Virus record (IMG/VR): IMGVR_UViG_3300027573_000023
Location: 31,325 to 95,324 of that record
DNA from: a virus
DNA length: 64,000 bases
Direction: 5' to 3' (one strand)
The notes below the pieces were generated by a model that saw nothing but the letters and a program-made list of their open reading frames with translations, searched no databases and was not told the origin of the DNA. The position numbers and the translations under genes were made by a program. Shown one piece after another: positions 8,362 to 17,419 of the stretch (the stretch's first letter is position 1; the number at the start of each line of letters is the position of its first letter).

Positions 8362-8498
8362 TGCAATCAGGTAAACCTAAAAAAGCTCCTAAAGTTTCCA
8401 AGTATGACTTGGATAAGAACTATATGAAGGAGCATGATAAAAATGTAAAGAAAAAAAATCCTATGTCTCCTATGAGTAAGAAGAGACTATCAAAATAA
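8361..8498 (+). CDS. 45-aa Lys-rich protein
   Basis: MQSGKPKKAPKVSK...KKRLSK*; TAATG coupling; last gene before the terminator. Confidence 0.6.
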   Translation: MQSGKPKKAPKVSKYDLDKNYMKEHDKNVKKKNPMSPMSKKRLSK

Positions 8499-8540
8499 AT
8501 TCTGTGTTTCGTGTTTTTCATGCTTTGAGTGTTTAAGAAG

Positions 8541-8569
8541 AAAAAGCCAGCTTAATTGCTGGCTTTTTT
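8541..8569. terminator. Bidirectional intrinsic terminator between convergent modules
   Basis: AAAAAGCCAGC-TTAATT-GCTGGCTTTTTT. Confidence 0.9.
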
Positions 8570-8571
8570 GA

Positions 8572-9258
8572 TTATAGTTCATCTTTTACTTGCTTATAAT
8601 AATCAGTTACAAAATGTGGATGTAATACTATGTCTCCTTTAGTATCATCAAGTATCTTATCTGCTGTCTCTAAAATTTTTTCATTTGTTTGTGTACCAAG
8701 CCCTGAGACATGGAATGTACCCATTCCCCATCTATATATCATGGTATAATGTATAGGTGTTGTATATATCTTGGAGTTATGACCAAAAGTAATATCACTA
8801 TCCTCTCCTGAGGACGTGTTAGGAAAAGTAATTCTATCCAAGTATTGTTTTGTATAAACATTCCCATTGTTAACACTGCCTGCTATACCATCATATTTAT
8901 TGTTAGTAAACATATACATACCCTGACTCCTGTAAATATCAAACCCTGGATGATTCAGTATATCCCCTTTGGTCTGTCTGAGGGCATAAGGCATCAGTAA
9001 ATCATCATCATCTAACCTATAGATATAATCATTTTTACATTGCTTATATCCCCACTCAAGCTTGGCTGATATAGAAGGAAACCTGGTCTTGTGATTTATA
9101 ATGACTACCTGTGGGTGATCATAGATATAATCCACCTCAGGATTATCATTGATAACAACCATTTCACAATCTGTAAGATCGTCCTGAGATAGGAAGGATT
9201 GTATTGCTTCTTCAAGGAGGTGATGTCTTTTGTAAGTTAATGTTAATACACTAATCAT
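8572..9258 (-). CDS. Glycosyltransferase family 2
   Basis: ISVLTLTYKR..LLEEAIQSFLSQ..EMVVIND..YIYRLDDDD; start placed at MISV (9258). Confidence 0.88.
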   Translation of the reverse strand: MISVLTLTYKRHHLLEEAIQSFLSQDDLTDCEMVVINDNPEVDYIYDHPQVVIINHKTRFPSISAKLEWGYKQCKNDYIYRLDDDDLLMPYALRQTKGDILNHPGFDIYRSQGMYMFTNNKYDGIAGSVNNGNVYTKQYLDRITFPNTSSGEDSDITFGHNSKIYTTPIHYTMIYRWGMGTFHVSGLGTQTNEKILETADKILDDTKGDIVLHPHFVTDYYKQVKDEL

Positions 9259-9898
9259 AATTTCCATTTTTTAGTTTCTTATTCCAAGTAGATCCAGGTT
9301 CCCAAGATGCTAAGGTATCATGTTTAAAACAATCGTTTTCCATATCTTTCCAATTAACTACTTGTAAATTAATATCATTTAATTCTTCTCTAAGTGCATC
9401 AACTGTTGATGTATTAGGATGAAGTCCAAGATATTTACAGATCACTTCACTCCACCAATTTGGACCAATCCATTGACCCTCATGAATTATATTATCAATC
9501 ATATTTCCTAAAAGGAAATGGTCTTTCTTAAAACCAAATATACCATTTGATAGTGCAGTCATTTTATAAGCATCACTATAAATAATGAAACCATCATGGT
9601 GTTCGTGTGCTATAACATCTGAATGAAATCCATTTATCATTTTAAAGTCAGCATCTAAATAGATTCCTCCAAATTTATAAACTACATACATTCGTAACAA
9701 ATCTGCCTTGATTGCTGGCTCTTTATAACTATCATATATTCTTTTAAGATTTTCTGGTAGCTCAGGTAGGTTATCATCAGTCCATAGATAGTAATTGAAA
9801 TCTTTATGATGTTCCTTTATCTCATCCATATAATTTTTTATATGCTTTGGTATTCTAGTATCACTTACCCAAATCTGATGTATGTTTTTTTCTATCAT
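9251..9898 (-). CDS. GT32/OCH1-like DxD glycosyltransferase
   Basis: IEKNIHQIW...YYLWTD...KADLLRMYVVYKFGGIYLDAD. Confidence 0.88.
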   Translation of the reverse strand: MIEKNIHQIWVSDTRIPKHIKNYMDEIKEHHKDFNYYLWTDDNLPELPENLKRIYDSYKEPAIKADLLRMYVVYKFGGIYLDADFKMINGFHSDVIAHEHHDGFIIYSDAYKMTALSNGIFGFKKDHFLLGNMIDNIIHEGQWIGPNWWSEVICKYLGLHPNTSTVDALREELNDINLQVVNWKDMENDCFKHDTLASWEPGSTWNKKLKNGNYD

Positions 9899-10520
9899 TT
9901 ACTTTATATATAAAATGTAGATTAGTTTTAATTACATCCTCAGTATACTCAGATATAACTTCGTTATCTATATACTTATCAATTACATTTCGTATGTTAC
10001 CATAGTTATAATCATCAAAAACAACAACTCCATCTTTTGTAAGTAGTTCTTGTGTAAAAGTAAAATCATTTTCAACAGTTGTAGTATCATGACCTCCATC
10101 AATATGAATCAAATCAAATGTATGTAATTCATTAGAAGCTACGTACTGTCTTAATGTTAGATTACTATCACCATATATCTCTGTTATCTTTGTATTTGGA
10201 TATGCATTTTTAATATACTCTATACATGGTTTAGTATATGCATGACCATTCAAATCAAAAATCAAATACTCTGCTTCAGGATTAGTGCTGACCATAAGTA
10301 ATAAACTATGGCCAGCATTAACTCCTATTTCACATATTTTTGATTTGTTTTCAGACAGTTTTAGTAGATTGTATATCTTACTTTCGTTTATAACATCTGT
10401 AAAGTTATCAGATGATACATCGCATATCAAATTACCTTCTACTCTTTCTCCAATTCTATCTAATATGTCAGCTATATTAGATATGTGGACTTTAACTTCT
10501 TGTTTTATTAAATCAATCAT
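9861..10520 (-). CDS. Class I SAM-dependent methyltransferase (Methyltransf_24-like)
   Basis: EIGVNAGHS, FDLIHIDGGH, VVVFDDY. Confidence 0.85.
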   Translation of the reverse strand: MIDLIKQEVKVHISNIADILDRIGERVEGNLICDVSSDNFTDVINESKIYNLLKLSENKSKICEIGVNAGHSLLLMVSTNPEAEYLIFDLNGHAYTKPCIEYIKNAYPNTKITEIYGDSNLTLRQYVASNELHTFDLIHIDGGHDTTTVENDFTFTQELLTKDGVVVFDDYNYGNIRNVIDKYIDNEVISEYTEDVIKTNLHFIYKVNDRKKHTSDLGK

Positions 10521-10521
10521 A

Positions 10522-10812
10522 TTACCATATGTGTGCTATGTCATCAATACTTATTAGAATGACATCTTTATCCTCTGATAAAGGAATCTTCATTACTCTG
10601 CTAACTGAACCAGGGTCAATCATAACCTCATCTCCCTCGCTCAGTTCATCAGTTACACCACTACCTACAGCATAGACTACTAGTCTGCCATATTTTCTCA
10701 TCCTTTCTTTCTCTTTGAAAGCTTTAGTCTCTTCATCCAGGATGATAGAACTGTTTTCTTCCTCAGGGAGCTCGAGATATACTCTACGCCCCAGCAGTTT
10801 CTTGAACTCCAT
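10522..10812 (-). CDS. groES: GroES-like co-chaperonin
   Basis: KLLGRRVYL...SSIIL...VYAVGSGV...LSEGDEVM...LISIDDI. Confidence 0.7.
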   Translation of the reverse strand: MEFKKLLGRRVYLELPEEENSSIILDEETKAFKEKERMRKYGRLVVYAVGSGVTDELSEGDEVMIDPGSVSRVMKIPLSEDKDVILISIDDIAHIW

Positions 10813-11164
10813 CTTTTACAGGTATTGAATTATGTGCTACTAATGGTTCATCTACTGAAGCGCATCTATAGAAACGCTCTCCATCTTCCTTAGACAGGTA
10901 GATTTCTGATTGATACGTATCTCTCTTACGTGTTACTCCAGATACCTTATTGTTTCTGGGGTTAATGTTAGGAGTTTCCTGTGTTCTCTCGTGTATGTCA
11001 TTCAACAACACTAATACTGAGCCATCAGCCATCTCAACGCTTCTGATTACAGCATTTAAATTGAAACTATCTCTCTTGTATGAGTAGATAGGTTCTTCAT
11101 TTGGTCGAGAGGGAGCCCCATTGGCTACAACCTCACGTCTCGTGTAGAAAAATTGTGTTCTCAT
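10784..11164 (-). CDS. Hypothetical protein
   Basis: 126-aa ORF in operon. Confidence 0.65.
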   Translation of the reverse strand: MRTQFFYTRREVVANGAPSRPNEEPIYSYKRDSFNLNAVIRSVEMADGSVLVLLNDIHERTQETPNINPRNNKVSGVTRKRDTYQSEIYLSKEDGERFYRCASVDEPLVAHNSIPVKDGVQETAGA

Positions 11165-11175
11165 TGGTTTTTGTT

Positions 11176-11400
11176 TTAAGCTTTTATAAAATCTAAGTAA
11201 TATTCTTGTCCAACTTCAAAATGGTCTTCTCTGATAGTTGACATTTCAATAACTCCTCCTGGAGTTGCAGCAAAGAATTCTTTATTTTCTTCACTACCAT
11301 TTGTTACAACATTGAATTTTGCTGAATATAGTATAGGATGTCCTCCCCAACCAACTCTTTTAGCTACTTCTATACATTGGAATTTTGCTCTTGTACTCAT
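11176..11400 (-). CDS. Small phage hypothetical protein
   Basis: RAKFQC...SEENKEFFAATPGG...FEVGQEYYLDF, a pattern recalled from other phage proteins. Confidence 0.7.
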   Translation of the reverse strand: MSTRAKFQCIEVAKRVGWGGHPILYSAKFNVVTNGSEENKEFFAATPGGVIEMSTIREDHFEVGQEYYLDFIKA

Positions 11401-11418
11401 TTTTAAATAATTTAATTG

Positions 11419-12093
11419 TTAATATTCTAGTTTATAAATACTTGTTATTTTTTTACCAGCTCTATTACTTTTTAGCCTTGTAATAGTTGGTAAAGACAAA
11501 GGAGAAATTGTAGATAGTTCCATTAAAGAATTGCTCTCCCAAGATTCATTAGTTAACAAATTAACTAACTTACATTTAATTCTAATTGGAGATATTTTTC
11601 CTAGATTTATCTGTCTTAATTTCTCTTTTGTTACTTCTGATAATACTTTACCAGTATGTGCCTCACTTAATCTTTTTTTAAAAGCTTCTGAACGTTTTTT
11701 CCCTGTTGTTGCTAGAATTCTTTTCTCAATAGTTTCTTTAGAATGTTTTCTACCTAATTGAGAGTTTCTCATTTTAGTTCTAGTTTCTTCTGAAAAATTA
11801 ATTCCACTAAGACCATCTCCCCCTAGAGTACAGTTTAAACCTTTAGTATAACTATTATTTTCTTTTATATGGTATTTTTCTAATATATCTAAGTTATCAT
11901 CAAAAACAAGGATTGTTTCTATTGTTTCAAATACATGATTTTGCCAACCATACTTTAATAAAGAGGCATATAATCTTGTCTGATTTTTACAGTTTAAGTA
12001 TTTATATTTACTCATTCTTGTTTCCAGATCAATTGTCTTCCCAATATAAACTTTACCACTTGGGTTTGTTATTTTATAGATATATCCTACCAT
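11419..12093 (-). CDS. GIY-YIG homing endonuclease with NUMOD3-like repeats
   Basis: GYIYKITNPSGKVYIGKT; SEETRTKM and HSKETIEK repeats; start placed at MVGY (12093). Confidence 0.9.
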   Translation of the reverse strand: MVGYIYKITNPSGKVYIGKTIDLETRMSKYKYLNCKNQTRLYASLLKYGWQNHVFETIETILVFDDNLDILEKYHIKENNSYTKGLNCTLGGDGLSGINFSEETRTKMRNSQLGRKHSKETIEKRILATTGKKRSEAFKKRLSEAHTGKVLSEVTKEKLRQINLGKISPIRIKCKLVNLLTNESWESNSLMELSTISPLSLPTITRLKSNRAGKKITSIYKLEY

Positions 12094-12097
12094 AATA

Positions 12098-12745
12098 TTA
12101 ATTATACTCCAGATCCAGAATTTTTCCAACGAGATCACTTCTGTGATTCTCTTTAAGTTTAATCCACTCTATACCATCTAGCTTTTTACTTAGCTCAATA
12201 GCATAGCTAAGCCCATTATAAGACTCTTTGATATCTTTTTGTTCGTTATCACCATTGATGATAATCTTACCTGTCTTACCAAGTCTTGTTAAAAGGGACA
12301 ACATCTCATGTTTAGTGAGGTTTTGTGCTTCTTCTATAACAAGAACATCATTGATAGTTTTCCCCCTAACAAATTGTACTGGAAAGGCTTTGATCTGTTG
12401 TGTCTTAATGTAGTCCAAGATTCTAGTCTTGTCATAACACATCATCAAATTTTCTTGGAAGGCTTCCAAGTATGGATCGAATTTTTCTTTAAGGTCTCCA
12501 GGTAGGAAACCTAAGGAATTACCAACTTCAACTGCAGCCCTTGTCACATAGACAAGTTCACATTGTTTGGTCATCAAGAACTCAAGTGCAGTATTAGCAC
12601 ATACTAATGATTTACCTGAACCTGCTCTCCCTGTGACTACAACAACCTGATTATCGATTATCAGTTGCTTCGCTTCTTTCTGTTCCTCATTAAGAGTAAC
12701 ATTAAAATGAATATCATTTTTTCTGGTTCTGTTTGCATCTTTCAT
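12098..12745 (-). CDS. phoH: PhoH-family ATPase
   Basis: GRAGSGKS, LGFLPG, FVRGKT, EEAQN, GDNEQ, NHRS. Confidence 0.93.
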   Translation of the reverse strand: MKDANRTRKNDIHFNVTLNEEQKEAKQLIIDNQVVVVTGRAGSGKSLVCANTALEFLMTKQCELVYVTRAAVEVGNSLGFLPGDLKEKFDPYLEAFQENLMMCYDKTRILDYIKTQQIKAFPVQFVRGKTINDVLVIEEAQNLTKHEMLSLLTRLGKTGKIIINGDNEQKDIKESYNGLSYAIELSKKLDGIEWIKLKENHRSDLVGKILDLEYN

Positions 12746-13146
12746 GACACGTTGAATTTAGTTAATACAAAGTTAATCCTTTCTTGGTACTTTTCATTAA
12801 CAAATCCCCTTGTTTTTTTATCATGACACTCTAGACATACCAGTAGAATGTTTTCTGGTTCCCACGTTAAGTGTGGATACTTATTCTTCTCTAGCAGATG
12901 ATCAAACATATATGTAAGAGGTTCTTGGCCTAAAGTCTTATTACATATCTCACATACATGTGGTTTCTTCTTCCATATAGACATAAAGAATTCGTTTCTC
13001 CTTTGTGCACTATTCTGTTTCCTAATCCCATCCCTAACTGGCTGCCTTAGGACTTTCTTACTAAAGGGAGTACGAGGGCTGTGCGACTGACACAACCCTT
13101 TACTCCACACAGGGTTGTTACACCCTGTTTTACTACATGTTTTCAT
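12742..13146 (-). CDS. HNH/NinG-like Zn-binding nuclease
   Basis: CEIC...FDHLLEK..YP.L....ENILLVCLECH. Confidence 0.7.
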   Translation of the reverse strand: MKTCSKTGCNNPVWSKGLCQSHSPRTPFSKKVLRQPVRDGIRKQNSAQRRNEFFMSIWKKKPHVCEICNKTLGQEPLTYMFDHLLEKNKYPHLTWEPENILLVCLECHDKKTRGFVNEKYQERINFVLTKFNVS

Positions 13147-13688
13147 AACAGATGACTACCTTGAAAATCTCCTCCTGTATGGTTAGCACCCTTTCTATTA
13201 AAGATTGCTCCTACAGTAGTAAATTCAACTACTTCAACCCATTCAGTAACTGGACGAGGAAGTATAACTAACTGTCCAATCCTATCACCAACATTATAGA
13301 GAGCTGTAGTATCAACATCATCCACATCTTCTTTACCAAAACAGATAAAATCATATGTCTCTGATATGTTACCATCAGACAGATCATTTGGAATAGAGGC
13401 AAAATATCCAGCAGGCTTGAACCTAAGAATGATTTCATCTTTATCATTAGGATTGACAATTCCTATAGAGCTTGCCAACAACAAATCCTTCTTATAGTTA
13501 TTACTCCTTGGAAATATCAAACCAACAAATCCCTCAGGGACTTCAATAGCTATTCCTGTTCCATACACAACATTACCTGCCTCATCAAACACCTTAGATA
13601 TGGCAACAAGGTCCATACCTACATCACCTGGCTTCATATACTGAGGAATATGAGCTTCAGGTACCAACTTCTTGATTTTTGCTTTCAT
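13143..13688 (-). CDS. dut: Trimeric dUTPase homologue with degenerate catalytic motifs
   Basis: GMDL, TGIAIEVPEG, PRS and GDRIGQL are present; motif III reads GIVNPNDKDE and motif V is degenerate. Confidence 0.8.
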   Translation of the reverse strand: MKAKIKKLVPEAHIPQYMKPGDVGMDLVAISKVFDEAGNVVYGTGIAIEVPEGFVGLIFPRSNNYKKDLLLASSIGIVNPNDKDEIILRFKPAGYFASIPNDLSDGNISETYDFICFGKEDVDDVDTTALYNVGDRIGQLVILPRPVTEWVEVVEFTTVGAIFNRKGANHTGGDFQGSHLL

Positions 13689-14700
13689 CTTCTACTAAAT
13701 TTTTATTTCTCAATTTGTCAACAATGGCTTGTTTTACCTCATTGTAGAAACCCTCTTCAGACAGTAAGTCTATAAAATCGTCTAGGGAATGTTTAACCTC
13801 ATTAAAAGTAAAGGTACTGCCATATTTTCTTCCTAACTCAAGATCGTTGAGTAGGTCCATTATCTCTCCTCCCTTGTCTATCCCTAAACCATAAATTATG
13901 GTAAAAGAGCATAATTTGAATGGAGGGCCCATTTTGTTCTTTATTACCTTAATTTTGGTAATATTCCCAATGGTCTCATCCCCATCTTTAGCAAGAGTCT
14001 TAGATACTTCAATTCTTACATCAGTGTAGAATTTAAGAGCATGCCCACCCTGTGTCACAGTGGGATTTCCAAACATTACACCAATTTTCTCTCTAAATTG
14101 AGAGATTACAATCATACACACGTTATTGTCAGCACATGCAGTTTTTAGTTTTGGATAAGCGTTATTATTCAATACCGCCTTCTTACCAATAGCACTATCA
14201 CCTACATCACCATCTACCACCTTTTTAGGCATTAGCGATGAGTCGCTGTCAATGATAATTAGGTCAATTTCTCCAGTTTTGATGAGTTCCAGAGCTATCT
14301 GGAAGCCTTCTTCACCATTACTAGGCTGAGCTACAAGCATTTTGCTTATATCCACACCAAGGGCTTCAAAATAGATTTTATCAACAGCATGTTCGCCATC
14401 AATATAAGCTACTGTTCCTCCTTGTTTTTGACATTCTGCAGCTGCATGGGCACATATGGTAGATTTACCTGTGCCTTCCCACCCCATTAATTCGTAGACT
14501 TTTCCCCTAACAAATCCTCCTGTGCCTAAAGCTATGTGGTCAAAGCCTATGGATCCTGTACTGAATACATCATAGTCTCCCATGATGCCATCATCTAATG
14601 TTAATACAGTTCCTTTTCCATAGGCTTTATCCAGCTTTTCTATGGCTTCCTCTAACTTGCTTTTTCCAGTACTAACTGGTTGCTTCTTTGGTCCTGCCAT
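13657..14700 (-). CDS. recA: RecA recombinase
   Basis: GWEGTGKST, IDGEHA, QPSNGEE, SQFREKIGVMFGNP, GGHALKFY, KNKMGPPF. Confidence 0.95.
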   Translation of the reverse strand: MAGPKKQPVSTGKSKLEEAIEKLDKAYGKGTVLTLDDGIMGDYDVFSTGSIGFDHIALGTGGFVRGKVYELMGWEGTGKSTICAHAAAECQKQGGTVAYIDGEHAVDKIYFEALGVDISKMLVAQPSNGEEGFQIALELIKTGEIDLIIIDSDSSLMPKKVVDGDVGDSAIGKKAVLNNNAYPKLKTACADNNVCMIVISQFREKIGVMFGNPTVTQGGHALKFYTDVRIEVSKTLAKDGDETIGNITKIKVIKNKMGPPFKLCSFTIIYGLGIDKGGEIMDLLNDLELGRKYGSTFTFNEVKHSLDDFIDLLSEEGFYNEVKQAIVDKLRNKNLVEDESKNQEVGT

Positions 14701-14927
14701 TTCATTTGTTTTTCAATTGTTTTCTCATCTTCAAAGATGTATCTATACTTCAGAGTTTTATACTCGTCTTCTATAAAATGATCAGCTTTCAGAGCTCTAA
14801 AGAACTTGAAAGTATCTGTAGTTTCTACAGCCAGAATGAAGTGAGTTTCACAATAACCACATACTACTCCTTGATAGCTTTCATGTACTATCAGAGTATC
14901 CTTAAACGTCTGGAACAGCTTTTCCAT
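14652..14927 (-). CDS. Hypothetical protein
   Basis: 91-aa ORF in operon. Confidence 0.55.
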   Translation of the reverse strand: MEKLFQTFKDTLIVHESYQGVVCGYCETHFILAVETTDTFKFFRALKADHFIEDEYKTLKYRYIFEDEKTIEKQMKWQDQRSNQLVLEKAS

Positions 14928-15120
14928 GATGTAGTTCTTTTAAGTCCTTTTCTGCTTTCTCCCACCAATCTTTCTCATATCCATATTCATTCCTACATTC
15001 ATCATTTTTGCAGGATAAGTGCTTTATAAAATACATTGCACTTGTCATTTCACAGAACTTAATAGTCTCTTCTGTACCAAACTGGCCTTTCAGCCTATCC
15101 AAAATTTCTTGGTTATACAT
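14902..15120 (-). CDS. Hypothetical protein
   Basis: 72-aa ORF in operon. Confidence 0.55.
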   Translation of the reverse strand: MYNQEILDRLKGQFGTEETIKFCEMTSAMYFIKHLSCKNDECRNEYGYEKDWWEKAEKDLKELHHGKAVPDV

Positions 15121-15667
15121 ACTGTTTTAATTTAACACTGGTTAATACTTCTCTTTCTACATCATAGGCTTCCCAGACTTCTTGATCTGGACCTAATACA
15201 AGACCTATTTTATCTTCCCAATAGTTAATTAGGTCTTTGGTTTTGTTAAAAACTCTATATTGCAAAGACACCTCGTCTGTTACAACCCCACTACGCATAA
15301 TCTTTGTTGTTTTAGGAAACTCTCCTTGAAATTTCTTAGAAGTTTTTGAATATCTGCCTTGTTTTACCAAGTCAAAATCATCTATGAATCTCTTATCAAG
15401 TTTATATACAACAACAACGAAACCTTTCCCATAATCATAGTCATCTACGATATTGGTAGTTCTTTCATATTCTTCGTTCAAGAAAGCCCTGAAAGTATGT
15501 AAATTATCAGGCTTGAACAGTAAATACACTGAATTCAGATAAGGAACATCTTGATCCTCATCATATTCATACGCATTAATAAACCCATTCTCAGTAAGTT
15601 TCTCCTTTGAAATCTTCAGTGTGGGGAGCATAAATACTGTAGAAATGGTTTTTTTAAGTGGTTCCAT
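15113..15667 (-). CDS. Hypothetical protein
   Basis: Start placed at MEPL (15667) to minimise overlap. Confidence 0.65.
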   Translation of the reverse strand: MEPLKKTISTVFMLPTLKISKEKLTENGFINAYEYDEDQDVPYLNSVYLLFKPDNLHTFRAFLNEEYERTTNIVDDYDYGKGFVVVVYKLDKRFIDDFDLVKQGRYSKTSKKFQGEFPKTTKIMRSGVVTDEVSLQYRVFNKTKDLINYWEDKIGLVLGPDQEVWEAYDVEREVLTSVKLKQYV

Positions 15668-16724
15668 TAGATTTAATGTTAACGAATCCTTTGGATTCAT
15701 AATTCTTTTTGCTAATAGACCATATGTCATTTTCCTGGGCCCATTTCAGCTCCTCAATCAGTTCTTTCACTCCAGGATACTGTCTGTCTCCTTTTGTGAA
15801 GCCTCGATAAGCATCATACATGTCCTTATACTCTAATGTATAAATGAGTGGACTGTAATAATTAATGCTGTCACATACAATAAACTGAGGATACTCAACA
15901 TGATACTTGTACCAAGGACTGGTTTTCTGTTCAACCAGCCACTCTATGGCTTTAAAATACAAAAGTGCTTGGATATAGGCTCTTCTATATAAGTAGTACT
16001 CATTATAGAAGTTCTCTACAGACCAAACACATTTTAAATCATATATCATTATCCTTTTCTCGTTGTGATCAACAATAACTTTGTCAAGCATTGATTTGAA
16101 CTTATGTCCATCAACAATATAGTCATCTACTACGAATTGATTAGATACAGTATATCTACTGCTGGTCACCATATTAATGATGTCCTTAGTAAATTCATTT
16201 GTCTGTAACTCTTCAACAATTTTTTCAGCATTGGTCACATCCTGAGTTGTTATTACAGTAAGATTTCTGGAGCGTACCTCTCTGATCTCTCTGTAGTAAA
16301 TCTCAGCATCACTGCCAATAAACTTATTCAATACTGTTTCTTCAGCAAGTTTGAACCCTGAAGCTATATAAGCCTCATGTGCAAGATCTTTAAATTCTCT
16401 GGTTACTACACCAAATCCATCTGTTGCTTCAGTAGTGACTTTATACAGAGCTTCGACGAATTCTAACATTAGTCCTGTAGGCACTGATGCTGTTGAGGAC
16501 ATATAGAATCTGTTGTCGAACTCTTCTGGCTGTAGCAATAATGTTTCTACAAGCCTACCCATGTTGGCAGCAAGATTTTCTTTCTCTTCTACCTTTTCAC
16601 GTAACACGTACTTTTTGTAGTACTTTCTTCTATCTAAGCTAAAATCCTTTAGCGAAGAAGAGCTATCTGTTTCGATAGCTCTATATTTACGTTCTTCTGC
16701 TGTTTTGTTTACTCCCTTAATCAT
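15654..16724 (-). CDS. PD-(D/E)XK exonuclease (ExoVIII/DUF3799-like)
   Basis: SSSSLKDF, G.LVETLLL, KSMLD...IYDLK, Y.QA..Y. Confidence 0.75.
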   Translation of the reverse strand: MIKGVNKTAEERKYRAIETDSSSSLKDFSLDRRKYYKKYVLREKVEEKENLAANMGRLVETLLLQPEEFDNRFYMSSTASVPTGLMLEFVEALYKVTTEATDGFGVVTREFKDLAHEAYIASGFKLAEETVLNKFIGSDAEIYYREIREVRSRNLTVITTQDVTNAEKIVEELQTNEFTKDIINMVTSSRYTVSNQFVVDDYIVDGHKFKSMLDKVIVDHNEKRIMIYDLKCVWSVENFYNEYYLYRRAYIQALLYFKAIEWLVEQKTSPWYKYHVEYPQFIVCDSINYYSPLIYTLEYKDMYDAYRGFTKGDRQYPGVKELIEELKWAQENDIWSISKKNYESKGFVNIKSNGTT

Positions 16725-16965
16725 GTTCTACTAAATTAGGTATCCATTTATAAGCGTTTAAATGATAGCTTTTGCCATCTTCAAAATTACTTTTATACTC
16801 TTTAGAAGTATAAACTAGTTTGTCTACTAGATCTTTTGGGGTAAGGGTCATAACTCCTCCCTCGTACACGACATTAATGTCCTCCATATTTTTAATAGCT
16901 TTCTTTACATCATAGTCTTTTAAAAATATGTTGCCCTTATGGCTGCTGGTTACTTTTCTTCTCAT
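16717..16965 (-). CDS. Hypothetical protein
   Basis: 82-aa ORF. Confidence 0.6.
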   Translation of the reverse strand: MRRKVTSSHKGNIFLKDYDVKKAIKNMEDINVVYEGGVMTLTPKDLVDKLVYTSKEYKSNFEDGKSYHLNAYKWIPNLVEHD

Positions 16966-17359
16966 TTTTTGTGTTTTTATTATCGATTAAACTTTTTGCA
17001 TCGTGGCAAGTTTTACATAGCACCTGGAAATTATCAACCTCACAAAACAATCCCTCTATAAAACTAGGCAAATCTGCAGCACATGTCAGGCTGCCTACAG
17101 GAACTATATGGTCCACAGCTATTTCAGTAGCTTTAAACCAGTTCTTGCAGTGATTGCATTGGTACTCATATTTTTGTCTTGTATTAGTTCCCACATATTT
17201 ACGTTTAGCACGATCTCTACATAGGGTTATTGGTCTCCAGGCTAAGCTCCTCTTTCTGAGTGTGTTTCTGATGAACTGCCAGAAGACAGCCTCACTCATT
17301 GTACCTGCATTTCTATTTTTAATTACTTTACTCACTCTCTTTGTTACTGTTCTTTTCAT
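16937..17359 (-). CDS. HNH endonuclease
   Basis: CNHC...VDHIVP...DNFQVLCKTCH. Confidence 0.85.
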   Translation of the reverse strand: MKRTVTKRVSKVIKNRNAGTMSEAVFWQFIRNTLRKRSLAWRPITLCRDRAKRKYVGTNTRQKYEYQCNHCKNWFKATEIAVDHIVPVGSLTCAADLPSFIEGLFCEVDNFQVLCKTCHDAKSLIDNKNTKNEKKSNQQP

Positions 17360-17419
17360 AATTAAAAATTTAAAGAAAGGGGATTTAAAGTTACGAAAAC
17401 CTAACCCCCTTTCAAAGGA

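Noticed and set aside
11419-12110. GIY-YIG gene ends LEY* and PhoH ends LEYN*, suggesting a duplicated target site
   Set aside because: Only three codons match, too short to tell from chance.
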